From Selaginella moellendorffii (taxonomy: Eukaryota; Plantae; Lycopodiophyta): a stretch of DNA of 64,000 nt. Position 1 is the stretch's first letter; each line of letters opens with the position of its first letter. Position numbers and translations under genes: made by a program. The notes under the pieces are model-generated. The model did not search any database. It was not told the origin of the DNA and worked only from the letters and a program-made list of their open reading frames with translations. Positions 1-15,181 of this stretch are shown in pieces. The stretch is taken from NCBI RefSeq assembly GCF_000143415.4, contig NW_003314271.1:2152806-2216805 (forward strand). Reading direction: 5' to 3'.

Positions 1-1317
1 GTGAAGGCGAAGTGCTTGGAAATTGGGAAACATCTCCATTCTCAGGCTGCGAGAAGGGAATTGGACTCGGAGCTTTTCGTGGCTAGCAGCTTGATAGATA
101 TGTACTCCAAGTGTGGGAGCGTTGGGGAGGCTTGGAAGGCTTTCAGCGGTATCAAGAGGCACGACGTGGTTTCGTGGACGACAATGATTCTGGGATACGC
201 AGAGAATGGCGATGGGAAAAGAGCTTTGGAGCTCTTCGAGCTGATGCAAGCTAGAGGGTGCTCACCAAACACCCAGACTTATCTTGCGGCGCTGCTGGCT
301 TGTACAACTATAGTCTCCAGCACAGAAAAACGAAGTGATGCCGAGATGAAGCTCCTCAAATTTGAGTGTCTGGAGAAAGCTATGGGGATCCACTCTCGAG
401 CACTCCAAACCGATATCTTTGTGGAGAATGGGCTCCTGGATCTTTACGCCAAGTGTGGAAACATGCTCGACGCCCGGAAAGTCTTTGACATGATGAAGTG
501 TCACAACGTGGTTTCCTGGAGTGCTCTCATCCATGGCTATGCACAAGACGAGCATGAAAGCGAGCTGGCTTTTGGGATGTTTGCGGCAATGAAGGACTCG
601 GGTGGCTGCTTGCCGGATGCTCAAGTTTACGTCGCTGTGCTTGTGGCATGTAGTAATGCGGCAGGCTTCGACACAGGGAAAACTCTCCACGCAGAAATTT
701 GCAAGCAGGGACACGAAAGCAACGAGTTTGTAGGGAATTCTCTGGTGGATTTCTACGGTAGGAACGGCCGTGTCGACAAAGCTGAGCAGGTCTTTGATTC
801 GATGCCAAACAAGGACTTGGTGTCGTGGAGTTCACTGCTAGCAGGATTTAGTCGCCTGGGAGATGCTACCAGAGTTTTCCAGCTCTTCTCGGAGATGCGT
901 GAAGCAGGAGTTCAAGCAAACGCTGTGACTTTCCAATCGGTGTTGTCGGCATGCAGCCACGCTGGGCTTGTCGAAAAAGGGAAGAAGTGCTTCAAAAGCA
1001 TGGATCTGGAATACGGGGTCAAGCCAGGGATAGAACACTACCAGTGCATGATCGACTTGCTGGGGCGTGCGAGCCATCTGGAAGAAGCTCTGGCTATGGT
1101 GAAAGGCATGCCTTACGAAGCGAATGTGATCACCTGGACGACGGTGCTGGGTGCCTGCGAGAAGTGGAAGAATGTGGAGATTGGCCGAGCGGCGTTTAAC
1201 TCGCTGCTGGAGCTGGACGAGCAGCGTGGTGCTGCTTACGCTTTGATGGCCAACTTGTATGAGCGCTGGAATGTTGGAGAGAAGCAGCGCGAGACTGGAA
1301 GAGATCTACAAAGCTGA
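1..1317 (+). CDS. Pentatricopeptide repeat protein, PLS/E class (5' end outside window)
   Basis: Intronless ORF with repeated PLS-PPR motifs (SLIDMYSKCG, DVVSWTTMI, VLSACSHAGLVEKG, HYQCMIDLLGRA) and an E-domain-like end (WTTVLGAC...AAYALMANLY); no DYW. Confidence 0.9.
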   Translation: MKAKCLEIGKHLHSQAARRELDSELFVASSLIDMYSKCGSVGEAWKAFSGIKRHDVVSWTTMILGYAENGDGKRALELFELMQARGCSPNTQTYLAALLACTTIVSSTEKRSDAEMKLLKFECLEKAMGIHSRALQTDIFVENGLLDLYAKCGNMLDARKVFDMMKCHNVVSWSALIHGYAQDEHESELAFGMFAAMKDSGGCLPDAQVYVAVLVACSNAAGFDTGKTLHAEICKQGHESNEFVGNSLVDFYGRNGRVDKAEQVFDSMPNKDLVSWSSLLAGFSRLGDATRVFQLFSEMREAGVQANAVTFQSVLSACSHAGLVEKGKKCFKSMDLEYGVKPGIEHYQCMIDLLGRASHLEEALAMVKGMPYEANVITWTTVLGACEKWKNVEIGRAAFNSLLELDEQRGAAYALMANLYERWNVGEKQRETGRDLQS

Positions 1318-1610
1318 CGTGAAGGTGAGTAACTCTTTTCCTCGTCTCTTTCATGCAGTTGTTCTAAGCTTTGCTGCTTCCTCCAGACTTGATTGATCCA
1401 TGGAAAAGGTACCAAGTTCTTCGTTTTGTCTAAGTATCAGAGCTCATACTTCTCTTGCAGATGCGCATAAAGAATGAAAGAATGCGTTGCGTGACGTGCT
1501 GAGAGAGACTACCACGGCCGATATAATTCCTCCAATCCCGCCTATATGATCGGTACTGGAAATTCGAAGAACCAAACGGAGGTAAAGCTCGTGTCTTTGT
1601 TTATAATTCC

Positions 1611-1612
<2 letters not shown>

Positions 1613-1642
<30 letters not shown>
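1613..1642. repeat. (GT)n microsatellite
   Basis: About 15 GT units read directly. Confidence 0.95.
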
Positions 1643-1645
<3 letters not shown>

Positions 1646-2223
1646 TCTCTTTTTTTTTGATGGATTTAGGCGTGGCATCCCATACGTATGTGTGTCCTCT
1701 TCGTCTAACGTGCTATTGTTTTTTTCTTGCCAGCCAAAAGTCTACAATTGCTCAAACACTGTTCCAAATTTATACACCTTGCATCTTAGGATGCATAGCA
1801 CATATTTGCGTATGATAGTTTTTCTATTAGTTGTGAATATGCCTGTTTTATTTTTGTCACTAAATTTGAATTTGATCAAGACGATTGGTTAGAATGTATG
1901 TGTTAGAAGAATTTGCCAGGATGTCTTTTCGAAAGTTACGTGTAGTTTGGAAAGTTGAGCAAATAAGATCTCCTTTGCTTGAATTTTCAACGAATCTCTC
2001 CTGGAATCTTTCCTTTCCAAAGAGAGTTTTGTCTTTGATTTTTTACCCTGTGTTGTTAGCTTGCCACCATTGGTAGAAAATTAAGGCCAAACTAGCCGTA
2101 CAGATCCAACGCGATAAAATTATTAAGATTTACCTTAGTTAGGGGATTTTATTAAGCATAATGTATGATGTTTAGGCATCCATGTATGTGTTAGCCGCAC
2201 ACATAGTAGTCGGGGAGAGGCTT

Positions 2224-2242
2224 TGGGCCAAGGCTAGGGTTT
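2224..2242 (+). promoter_or_regulatory. Site II (TGGGCC) plus telo-box (TAGGGTTT) upstream of LARP1
   Basis: TGGGCC at 2224-2229 and TAGGGTTT at 2235-2242. The pairing is typical of plant translation-related gene promoters. Confidence 0.45.
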
Positions 2243-2644
2243 GGTGTATCGAACGCAGTGGCTCAATCGGGGGATGGCGAGCTCCAGGGCGTCGTCGCAG
2301 GTGAGCGCCTCCACTTGCTGGCAGCGATGGCGGATTCGTGAGCTCACCGGCGGCTCTCTCAGCTGCTTTTGCCCTTTTTTCGACGCTTCCAATCTGCATT
2401 CGCTCGAATCGGTCCCCTTGCGCGCCGGGGAGAAGGAGGTAGCTTGATCTTCCCCCTTGTTCTTGGATTTCTTCCTCTCTCTCTTTCTCTCGCGATATTT
2501 CTCCACCCCCAAGCTTTGATTCGTCCCCGCCCTCCCTCTTGCGCTCGCCTTTTTCCTTTCCCCTGAGAAATCTCCCTCGATCTGGCTCTGGAGCCGCGCC
2601 TCCAATGTGAGGGGGTGCCAAGGCCCGAGACGAAGAAGAATTTG

Positions 2645-5600
2645 ATGGCGGCGGCCGTGGAAGCGTCCGCTGGCTCTTCGGCTGAATCAGCAAAGATGGT
2701 GGAGTCTGGGGGCAAGGGTTCGTCCAAAGCGCCGCCAGGGCTTAGCATTAGCACCCCAAAGGGCGCATGGTCTCAGGTGGTCCGCGGGAGCCATCCAAGC
2801 AACATGGAGGGCGAGAACACGAGCGGCGCCGCCGCCGCCACCGTCACTAGTCCTCAGGGTGGCCAGGAATCGCCGGGCACTGGGGTGGAAGCTAGCAGCG
2901 CTGCCACCACCCCGACCAAGCCTGTGAAGCAAGCGTGGAAGAAGCCTACGAGTCCCAAGGATTCTCCCGCAGGGCCAGTTATGGGAGCTGTTTCTTGGCC
3001 AGCGCTGGGCGATACCGCGGAGCAGAAGTCATCTCTGGCTGCTACTCCAGAGGCTCAAAGCGATTACCAGGTAGTGTTTCCTTGTTTCCTTCGTATTTTT
3101 ATTGAGCTAGCTACGGTAGTGCCTGGTTGAGCTGATTCGGTTTTCTCGCTTGCATGGCAGCTCCCAACATCGCCTACCGTTACCGCTGCTGCCGCCGACG
3201 CGAGCAAGCTGAAGGGAAAGAAGCTTGCAGCTCAATCGACGCCTTTGAACTCCGAAACGAATTCTTTCGTTCCGAGTGTGGAGCGGGCTTCGAAGTTTAA
3301 TACGGAGTATTCGAAGCCCAGTGCTGGAGGAGGAGGAGGTCTTGGGACCGAGAGAGTTACTCCTAGAACTTTTCATCAGCAAGGAAACAGTGGAAGCTAT
3401 CAGGGGAATCGGCGGAACCCAAGGGAACCCAGACCGAACAACAACTGGAATCCTCAACGAAACAACTATGGATATAATCGTCTGGGTCCGAGGCATTATC
3501 CGCCTCCTCAAGCTACCTACGTGAATGTGAATCCTGGATTTCCTCCTACAGGTTTGAAGCTCTCACTTTGTTTTCGCATCTCTGAGGTGGTGTTCTGTTC
3601 TTTCACGCAGGAGCGATGTATTATCTTTCGCCAACCGCTGCAAATCCCATGCACGGTCCTGGATTTTATGCCGCTCCAACTCCACTTGTACCCGTCCCCG
3701 ACCATGCGTCTCTCAGACAAATGCTGGTCAAACAGATCGAATACTACTTTAGGTGCTCAGGACTTATCTCTCTTTCCGTAAACCAACTTTTCGCCTTTCT
3801 TTGCAGTGTTGAGAACTTGTGCCGTGACATATTTCTTCGCTCGAATATGGATCATCAAGGCTTTATACCAGTTTCAACGATCGCATCTTTCAATAGAGTG
3901 AGTTTGTTTTTCGTGCTACGGGATCAAAGCTAACTTTGATGATGCTCAGGTGCGGTCCTTGACGTCGGACACGAGCATTATTCTGGATGCTCTACGGAAT
4001 TCCGCGGTGGTCGAAGTCCAGGTACGTGCTATCCGCTGCATTCAAGTCTCTGACTATGTTGCGTCAGGGGGATAGACTTCGGAAGAGACACGATGGAGCG
4101 TCCTGGGCGCTCCCTGCAGACAATTCGCATATGGTACCCACTCGATATGTGTACGAAGCCGTGGCAACTGGAGCGGAAGAACACACATTTCAGGGCGTGA
4201 GAAACGGCGACATTGAACAGATCCCAAACCACGCCCCGAAACCGAAGGCTGGTGGTCTAACAAACGCGTTTGCAGGCAGTAGCTCTGCTAACAACATGGA
4301 TCAGACCTTCAAGATGGACGAGGAGTTTGACCACTCGGATACGTACAGGTAGTACTTCTTTTTTATAAACTTGTTTATGCCCAGTTTGATATTCAGCCAC
4401 GATGACGGCGAGGAAGATGATTCGGATGTGAAAGATCACGATGTTCAACGATTATTTATTGTGACTCAGGTAGGCATTTGTTTATGTCCGTTGTTGTATG
4501 ATTGTTTTTTTTTAAATTCTCGTTCACAGAAAGGCAAGAACATCAGAAGTTCTGAGAGCGGACAGTGGAAGGAAGGACTTCCAGATGATTTAGCTGAACT
4601 TATTAATGACGGGCTGTACTACTACGAACAGGTCTGTTGTTCATTTCCATGTGTGTGTTGTAATCTCCTGGAGATTGGAATTCAGAAGCTATCGAAGGAG
4701 GAAGCAAGTGTAGGATCAATTCCCACAGCGGAGGCGAATGGCAAATTGCGAACGAGCTCGCGTCCTGGTCGGCAGCGATTGTTTCCTTCGAAGGATCGAA
4801 AGCACTATGCAGAGAGTCCTCCGAGTGATTCTGTTGGGTTCTTTTTCGGTACGACACCAGCAGACGTTCAAAGGTTCGATTATTTTTATTTCTGTACTTT
4901 TCATGTCAGCTGAGGCGTTTAACTCGTGGGCTTCAGTGTCTCGGCGTCGATTGCTACTTTGTCCGCTGCTAGCCCACCTGTGGGGTCGATACCGAAGCCT
5001 TTTCCACGTTTCCAACATCCGAGTCATGCTCTGCTTGAGGACAATGGCTTCAAGCAGCAAAAGTAAGTGTCTTGCAGTTAGCTTATCTATCTTAATCTAC
5101 AATTCCAGGTACATCAAGTTTTTCAAGCGTTGCATGGCGGACCGCAAGCGAGTCGGCATGGGTTGCAGTGAGGTAAGGCACCTGTTTCTATGATTTTGCG
5201 TTCATCACAATGCCCGTGTGGTGGCTGTAGGAAATGAACACCCTCTTCAGATTTTGGTGCTATTTTCTGCGCACGAATTTCAATCGTGTAATGTACAAAC
5301 ATTTTCGTAGTTTGGCTGAGGAAGAGTTTCAAGCAGGCTTTAGTTACGGCATGGAGTGCCTTTTCAGATTCTACAGGTTCGATGCTCGTTCTCAAGTTTC
5401 TGAACTAAAAGCTTTGTGATTTCAGTTATGGGCTGGAGCAGAAGTTCAAGCAAGACCTGTACGAAGATTTTGAGCAGCTGACGCTGCAGACTTACAAGCA
5501 GGGTAGCCTTTACGGCCTCGAGAAATACTGGTAAATACGATTTGAGTGTAGAGAAGCGAGTTTTGATGGATCAAATGTGCAGGGCTTTCCATTTCTATCG

Positions 5601-5787
5601 CGAGAAGAGCAGTAAGAACGCCAGCTCCGGAGTCGAAACGTTGAGCAAGCATCCGGAGCTAGAGCGGCTGTTGAGCACCGAGTTTCGGACGCTGGAAGAT
5701 TTCCAGCGAGCAAAGGGTGTGGCGGTGCCTCCTCCGGCACCGTCGGTGGAGAAGTATGGAGTGGTGGCCAACGCGAATGGCTGGTAA
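2645..5787 (+). CDS. LARP1: La-related protein 1 (La motif + DM15 repeats), multi-exon
   Basis: N-terminal [11 protein letters not shown] motif. La motif [43 protein letters not shown]15 region [13 protein letters not shown]...[10 protein letters not shown]...YGLEKYW/AFHFY. Exons joined by short GT-AG introns. Confidence 0.9.
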
Positions 5788-6304
5788 GCAAAACGAAGGT
5801 CCATCTCCTCTTTGGAAGAGCTCAAATCAAGAGAGAAGCAGCAATCCATCACCAGGCAGAGAAAAGATCGATCGTCTTCGTCTTCGTCATTGGAGTTCGT
5901 CTGATTCTCTGGAATAAAATCGCGGCGGCGAAGAAGAAGAAAGAACAAAGAAGAAAGAAATTTGGTGGTGGCTTTGTGTTTTTTGGGGAGGTGACAGTGC
6001 TTGTTTTAGGCGAAAGTTTGTGAGGACGATTTCACTACTCGGCAAAAAGAAAAAAAAAAGAAAACAAAAAAAGAAGAAAAATCGATGAAAAAGAAGGGCT
6101 TAAAGAAAATTAAAGTGGGTTTGCGTAATTTCCGAAAAGCCAAGTGAATGTAGGGCTGTTTAGGGTTTATTGTAGAGAGTGCGCGATTGGCGATGGCGAT
6201 GGCGATGGCGCGGCGGAGGATCTGACTGAGGTAAGCGCCGCGGAGGAGGAGAGGAGCTTAGATCGGTGCCAGGGATTAGATGTGGGGTGGGCGCGGCAGC
6301 AGAC

Positions 6305-7535
6305 ATGTACAAGGACCGCGGGCGCCCTCCAGCAATAGCAGCGGCGTCGGCGGCGGCAGTAGCAGGGAGTAGCAGGAGCTATGGCAAGCTGGAGCCCTTC
6401 ACAGAGGATGTGTCTTCTCAGTCGCAATCCACTTCCAAGGGCGGTGGAGTGGGAGGCGTCGGCGGCGGTGGAGCTAATGGGCAGGAGAATCCTTCTACTT
6501 CTTCCGGCCGCCGCCATGTAAAGTCGGAAGGATTCGACAAGAGCAAGTTTCCAGACGAGGGTGAGTGCTGCTGCTTCTCCTCTTTTTTGGTTGCTCATTC
6601 GTTTTTCTTTCTTGCTCTTGCATTGTTGTTTCCTTTGAATCTGAGTCTCATTCTTTTTTCTTTCTTGCTCTTGCATTGTGGTTTTCACTTTCTTTTTGTC
6701 TTTGCTTTGCTTCTAGAGGAGGATTTCGAGACCGATAGCGAGGAAGCCGACGCCAGCGTCTCGGAGGAAGAGGATGTGTCGTGGATCTCTTGGTTTTGCG
6801 GGCTCAAAGGGAACGAGTTCTTTTGCGAGGTGGACGAAGAGTACATACAGGATGATTTTAACCTGAGTGGCCTCTGCGCCCAAGTTCCTTACTATGACTA
6901 CGCGCTGGACCTCATTCTAGACGTCGAGTCTCCAAACGGTGAGCCGCTGTTTGTCTAAGAGAGCTCTAAACACTGTGTTTGTCTTCCTGCAGAAGACATT
7001 CTCACCGAAGAGCAAAACGAAATGGTGGAGTCGGCTGCCGAGATGCTCTACGGGCTGATCCATGTCCGCTACATTCTGACGAGCAAAGGAATGGCTGCTA
7101 TGGTATGTGCTACCTTTCTCGTTACTTAGTTCTCAGTGTTTTCTCCCTTTGCCTTCCCGCAGCTTGAAAAGTACAAGAAAGCAGATTTTGGACGCTGTCC
7201 GCGGTTCCATTGCTCCGGACAGCAGTGCCTCCCAGTCGGACAGTCCGACATCCCCAGGAACGGGACCGTCAAGATGTATTGTCCGAAATGCGAGGATCTT
7301 TACTACCCGCGATCAAAGTACCAAGGCAGTAAGTGGACTTGCTCGATATCTAGTGTTTCCATGAACTAAGGCCTTGATTTTTATTGTTTCTCCTCAAGAC
7401 ATTGATGGAGCATATTTTGGAACTACGTTTGCTCATCTCCTGTTGATGACCAACGCCTATCTCAAGCCCGCCAAGCCAGTTCAAAGCTATGTACCCCGGA
7501 TATATGGCTTTAAAATCCACAAGAGCGCAAGGTAG
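6305..7535 (+). CDS. CKB: Casein kinase II regulatory subunit beta, multi-exon
   Basis: [32 protein letters not shown], zinc-ribbon FGRCPRFHC...[19 protein letters not shown], and a plant-type N-terminal extension starting MYKDRG. Confidence 0.95.
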
Positions 7536-8134
7536 CGACAACCTCTATGCGTGTGAGTTTGCCGCTCCAAGCCAATCCATTCTTCTTTCCAGTGCTTTCA
7601 TATATCTCCTGCATATTTTTTTGTTCTCTCTTCCAGGTATATGTAGAGTATTGCGCGACGATCCATGATCATGAATTTGATTATATTTTCTGGGAGAAGT
7701 CATTCCGTTTCATGAGAAATTTAGCTGGAGATGTAAACTAATTCAAGAACTTGTCCCGTTGACAGGAAAACTTGGAAGAAGAAAGAAAACTGGCTCATCA
7801 ATGGTGAGCTTCGCTTAAGAATCTATTACCGAGCCTGGGAGTCCCGGACCTGGAGGGCGGCTAGGCTCGGTGTGTCCTCCAATTTTTTGTGTGGTAGTCC
7901 ATGCACAAAGATTATTTGGTCAAGTTGTGTGTGAGCTCTTCTTATTTGTACTTCTCTTTTTCTCTTTTTTCTGTGGCTTGGCGAGGATGGCTCTTGTTTT
8001 CTTGAGGAAGTAAGCCATTTGAATTCTTCTTTCACTTGGTTCTTATTTAAATCCTCCTCCTTTCCTTCTGCAGGCTTCTGTGAGCTTCGATCGAAGTTCT
8101 TTTGCCTGTTTCTCGTTCCCCCCTTACACGGCCG

Positions 8135-10269
<2,135 letters not shown>

Positions 10270-10371
10270 TGTATCCAAAATTGAACCGCTACTTGACCGG
10301 GTAGCAAATATTGTTCCCAAGGTTCTTGGTTCTTATCTTATTATACGAAGCTAAGGAATGTTATTACAGCT

Positions 10372-11823
10372 TCAAACTCTGGAGCTCACAATCTCCCAGA
10401 CGAATTTCTCGAGATTTTGCAGGGAGACACCGCCAGGTACCGTGACTGCCCGTTTCATCTTGCCGCTGAGCTCTTCAACTCTTCGCCGTGCTTCCCTGCC
10501 TTGGTCTTCCTTCATAGCCAGACGTATCACCCTCTCCACCTCTTCTCTACGAACCTTTCCTTGGGTCTTGTCAAATCCAAATCCAACTCTCCAGTTCTCC
10601 ACAACGAGCCTCCGGTTTAGATTCTGATCGAACAGACAAGGCCAGCATAGAATCACCTTACCGCTCGAGACACCCTCTATAGTCGAGTTCCATCCACAGT
10701 GAGAAAGGAAGGCTCCCACCGACGAGTGCGAGAGAACCCGAGCTTGCGGAGCCCAAGACGTGACGAATCCTTGCTCCCTATTCTTGTCGCCAAAGCTCTC
10801 GTAGAACTCGTTGGTCTTTTCATCCTTGCTCGGCCTCGTCACCCACAGGAACTTTTGCTTGCTCGCGACAAGCCCCTCGCCAAACTCGACGAGTTCTTCG
10901 ATCGAGAGCTCGGCGACGCTGCCAAACGCGATGTAGAGGACGGATTTGTCCGGCTGCTGGTCGAGCCAGCCGAGGCACTTTGGATCAAAGCTCGTGAACC
11001 CGGTGTCCTCTGGACGATCGCCAAGGAGGAACAGCGGACCAACCGGCAGGAACTTGTCGCCACCTATGGCTTGTTTCATGGCCCCCGTGAGCTCCGGCTC
11101 GAGTTCCTCGCAGGACGAAACGAGGGTCCATCGGGCTCTGACGAAAGCATCGGCATTGCTATTGATCGTATACTCCTGCCAAGGTCGATTGTTCCAAAAG
11201 TGCCAAGGTATGTCGGACCTTCGCAGCTTGACTGGTTTCTCCAAGACTGGATAGTCCTCGTCTTCGGCAAGCTCTGTACGGAAGAGAATGGATTGGAAGA
11301 AACTAGGACTTTGATCTAGAGCTAGCTTACCCTGATCTTCCATTGGAACAACTCCGGTCGATACCAGCTGAGCCATGTTGGATTCAAACCAGCTCCAAGT
11401 GACGCACCCAGTGAACAAGATCGCTCCTGAAATGCCGAGCTTGCTCGCAACATCAATCGCCCAGCTTAGTTGATAGTCGCAAACCAGGCAATCCACAAAC
11501 TGGAGCTCCTCCAAGAATCTCTTCAAGGGCTCTGGAAACTTCTCCTTCCAGTGCTCGTGAATGGGAGTAATATCGAACCTTTTCGACGCGGGGGGACGCT
11601 CGGGGTGGACGTACGGGGTGCCCTGGACTTCCACCAGAGTTATGTCCGTGCCTGGTGGTGGCCAGGATTTCTTGCGAAGAATCGAGTCGAGGGAGCTGAG
11701 GAGCGCGAAAGTGATGGAGAATTTGTGGACTTTGGAGAGGAAAGCACAAAGATGCATCATCGGAGTGACGTGACCTTCACCCGTGAGTGCCAGCGCCACA
11801 AGGTGAGGCTTCCTGGCCAACAT
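10372..11823 (-). CDS. UDP-glycosyltransferase (family 1), probably one 57-nt intron at 11274-11330
   Basis: N-terminal GEGHVTPMM and PSPG box WAPQARVLSHSSVGAFLSHCGWNSTIEGVSSGKVILCWPCLFDQ. Start placed at ATG 11823 (MLARKPH). Confidence 0.92.
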   Translation of the reverse strand: MLARKPHLVALALTGEGHVTPMMHLCAFLSKVHKFSITFALLSSLDSILRKKSWPPPGTDITLVEVQGTPYVHPERPPASKRFDITPIHEHWKEKFPEPLKRFLEELQFVDCLVCDYQLSWAIDVASKLGISGAILFTGCVTWSWFESNMAQLVSTGVVPMEDQGKLALDQSPSFFQSILFRTELAEDEDYPVLEKPVKLRRSDIPWHFWNNRPWQEYTINSNADAFVRARWTLVSSCEELEPELTGAMKQAIGGDKFLPVGPLFLLGDRPEDTGFTSFDPKCLGWLDQQPDKSVLYIAFGSVAELSIEELVEFGEGLVASKQKFLWVTRPSKDEKTNEFYESFGDKNREQGFVTSWAPQARVLSHSSVGAFLSHCGWNSTIEGVSSGKVILCWPCLFDQNLNRRLVVENWRVGFGFDKTQGKVRREEVERVIRLAMKEDQGREARRRVEELSGKMKRAVTVPGGVSLQNLEKFVWEIVSSRV

Positions 11824-12419
11824 TTTTCTCTCCTCCTCTTCTTCCTTTCCAATAGCTACAATGATTTTGGTTTCTTGAGCTCTGTTCTTCGTTTGTCTCT
11901 TCCATGTTTGGTGTATTCTCAGAGACACCCGATAATACTGAATATATATTTTCGTGGTGGGTATAGTCCAGCAGTTGGGAAGTATCTCCCAGTCTTTAAT
12001 AAAAAAAAGGATATTCCAAGTATAAGCGCAGACAAATTTCAGTTTATTTGCATGATCATTAATGTTTATTCAAAATCAAATTCACATTAGGGATGTTACA
12101 CAGGCCAAACGGTGTCCGCCACCTCCTTGTACAAAAATCACGTCGGCTTTGGCCTCTTTCAAATGTATTCACAGTACTTGTTCCATTGCTGTCGTCTCGG
12201 ATTCGTGCGTTGTTCGTTAGAAATCGTAGTACGTCTGTCCCCTGGATTGGATCATCCACAGTTTGCGAGATCATCTCGTTCGTCTCGTTGGCCGGCAGGA
12301 GTTTTCGACCTTCAAGGCGCATCGAAGCGCCCTTGACTGGATCAAAGCTGATTGATGATCATGGTGGAACGAAGAGTTGGGATGGAATGGAGATTTGTGG
12401 TTGATGGATTGCTCGTTCT

Positions 12420-15181
12420 TCATTCCCTGGGACGGGCCGACCACAGAGAGCTCAAGGCTCGGAGCCTTGCAAAGTAGTCGCCCATCGCCAAAAGTCCCCT
12501 GGCGGCTTGTCTCGTGGTGAGAATCCTGTGCATTTGCTGGAGCGTTTGCTGGCGAAGGTTGTCAGCCTGAGTCATGTCCAGTAGAAACAAAGAAAAAAAA
12601 CGAATCAAAACAAGGACATTGATATCGAATCCAAAAAGCACCAACGAAAAAAACGAACAAAGAAGAAAGAAAAAGAAAAACAATAATGCCCCATAGAAAA
12701 AGCTGTGGAAAACTAAGGCAAAACTTTCATTATGGAGAGCAAGACCAAGAAAAACTGCTGGAAAAGAGAAAAGAAGAAGAAAGAGTTTGGCTTTACCTGA
12801 CGAACAAAGTTTTCCAGAGTGCCGAGCTTCCCCATGGCCATAGCCATCTGTCCCATGTAGTTTGCGACGTTGGACGAGGCCCCCAGCGATCCCGAGGCCA
12901 GAGTGTCGGAGAGGGACTGCTGGAGAGCCTCCATTCCCTGCGACAAAGCGTCCTCGGCCTGCTGCGAGGATTGCTGGAGGTTGCAAATTCCCATCAGCTG
13001 CTGCTCGGTGAGGGGCTCCAGCTGTGGAATCAAGATCTAACAGAAAAAAACATTTTTTTTTTCATCTTCTCGTCAGCCAACTTAAAGTCAGACTCGATCG
13101 ATACGATACAGCTTACCTTGAGAAGCTCCGAGGGTCTGAATCCTCCCATCCACATGAAGCAGCGCTCGGCGGGAGACTTCCACATCCCGGAGACGAGGTG
13201 GAAGACGTCGGCCTTGGCCGCGACGCTCTTCATCCGGAAGATCTCGTCGTAGTGCGCCAGGCCGTTGTCCACCAAAACTCTCAGCTCGTTGTCCGCGACG
13301 TGAGACTGGAGAGCGCTCCGGAGCTCGCATAGCTGCCTGTGTTGCTCTTCCAGCCACCGTGCGTAGTCCATGTCAAAGGCAGCGGCACCTAAAAAAACGC
13401 TCGAGTCATTCATTCAATCAAATGGTTTTCCAGTTTTCTCTGGTTGGTTTTTCTTGATACCTGGATTTAATGGTGCATTAGCTCCGGCGAGGTGCTCTCC
13501 GTAGCCCCCAGCGCCGACGTAGAAGCCCTGCTAAAGAAACGGAAGAAAACGAGAGAAAGTTAGTGTCTTGTTTGGAACTCAAACACTAGAACGAAACTCA
13601 AGGGATTTAAGAAACCTGTTGACGAGCGCGCTGAAGCTCTTGCTCGAGCTGGTTTAGTTTCATCCGGCTCGATTCAAGCTGCTGAACGTATGCCTGTTTA
13701 TAAGTTTCTAGTTAGTAATATGTTCTTTAAAGAAAAGAAAATGGTACCTTCTTTCGTAGTCGACTCTTGCGAGCGGCCTCTCGATTCTGGGCCAGCCTCC
13801 GCAGTGCCTGGAAGATTTTCTTTCCTACAGTTATTCCAAGAAGAAGAAAGGAGAATTCAAACCTTTGCATCCAGATTTTTATGCTCGCGGCGATGGTGGT
13901 GGTTTGATCCTGCTGCCCCTGCTGCTTGCTGCTGGTTTTGTTCTGACTACACCAACAACAAAACACTGTAAGAAACACAAGAGAAAAGGTTGCAATTTGC
14001 GAAAACCGAGAAAGAACTTTCACCCTTTTTTGCTGTACTACCTTGATAACATTAGTTTCCATGTCCGTGGAGGTGTCGGTCCTGGGGCTGTTGTTGTCCG
14101 TGGTTCTCGAATCCCCCCAATTGTCCAAGCGGCTAGTTGGCGACTCAAAGCCAGGTTGAATGCCGCCTCGTCCCGAGGACGTGTATTGCGAGAACCGAGA
14201 GTCTGTGCTCGCCGCAGACGGTGAGGTGACTTGCGACGAGCCTGGGTGCTGCTGCTGGATTGTAATGGTGGTGGTGAGAAATTTGCAGAGAGATCAAAGC
14301 GGAGTTAGCAAAAGTTTGTGCTTGTTTGAGTTCTAGGAATCACACACTCACACACACGCGCGCACACACCTTGTTGTTTGGAGGGGTGTTGTCGAAGCGC
14401 ACAGGACCGGCGGGAAGAATGTTCAACGTGTTTCTTGCTTGGGCGATCGCGCCTGGCGTCACGGAAAGGAGGAGAAAACAAAGAGAAATGTTGAGAGGCA
14501 TTTAATCGCGGAGGAATTGCTTCGTCAATCATGAGGAGAAAGGCTGCTCTGGAGAGAGAGAGAGATATGGGAAGAACTTTTCAAACTCTCATGTAGTATA
14601 AATCCACTAACGGGGTCAGGAAACGGAACTATGGAACTTAAAGGAGATGGAAGGATTTCTTTTCTCTTTTCTTTTTCGAAAGTTCTGTAGAACTTACTTC
14701 GTCTTTCGAAGCTGTGCTCGCTGCCACCGTCGATCCCGAAGCTCAGAGGCTGCTCCAGCTCTCCCAGATCGTAAGCGCCGCTCTGATCTCTCAGAGGATC
14801 CGCCACGAACGATCCTCTACGCTCACATAGAAAAGAAAAGAAGGAAACCATTAAACCATTAGTAGTGTTTCGCCATAGCCAAGAAGAAGCAAACAAGCAA
14901 CTTTAGGCAAAGCTAGCTACGGAGAGAGAGAGAGAAAGAGAACGAGAAAACGAAAACGAATGATCGGAATGCGATGCAAAGAAAAAACAAGCAAGAATCC
15001 ATGACCCTCTTGCAAGGAAGAACTAGAACAAGGAGAGACAAGCAACTGTAGAAACGATTTACATATAATGCGGAGGAGCAGCGACTGAAAGGCCTTGCAT
15101 GCCCTGGTGATGATCGCTTGCGAGCGAGCCAGGCAAGTGGAGCAAAGGCACGGCCTCCACTTCTCGATTCGCAGCTGCCAT
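12420..15181 (-). CDS. TGA: TGA-class bZIP transcription factor (bZIP + DOG1 domain), multi-exon
   Basis: YDLGELEQ N-terminal motif, LRRLAQNREAARKSRLRKK basic region, FDMDYARWLEEQ...SGMWKSPAERCFMWMGGFRPSELLK, and QADNLRQQTLQQMHRILTTRQAAR...LRALSSLW. First exon 15181-15063 splices in frame to 14816. Confidence 0.92.

Noticed and set aside
1546-2076. Hydrophobic small ORFs after the PPR gene
   Set aside because: They derive from the GT microsatellite and T-rich UTR/intron sequence.
10699-12090. Long plus-strand ORFs antisense to the UGT
   Set aside because: Shadow ORFs of a GC-rich coding region with no recognisable motifs.
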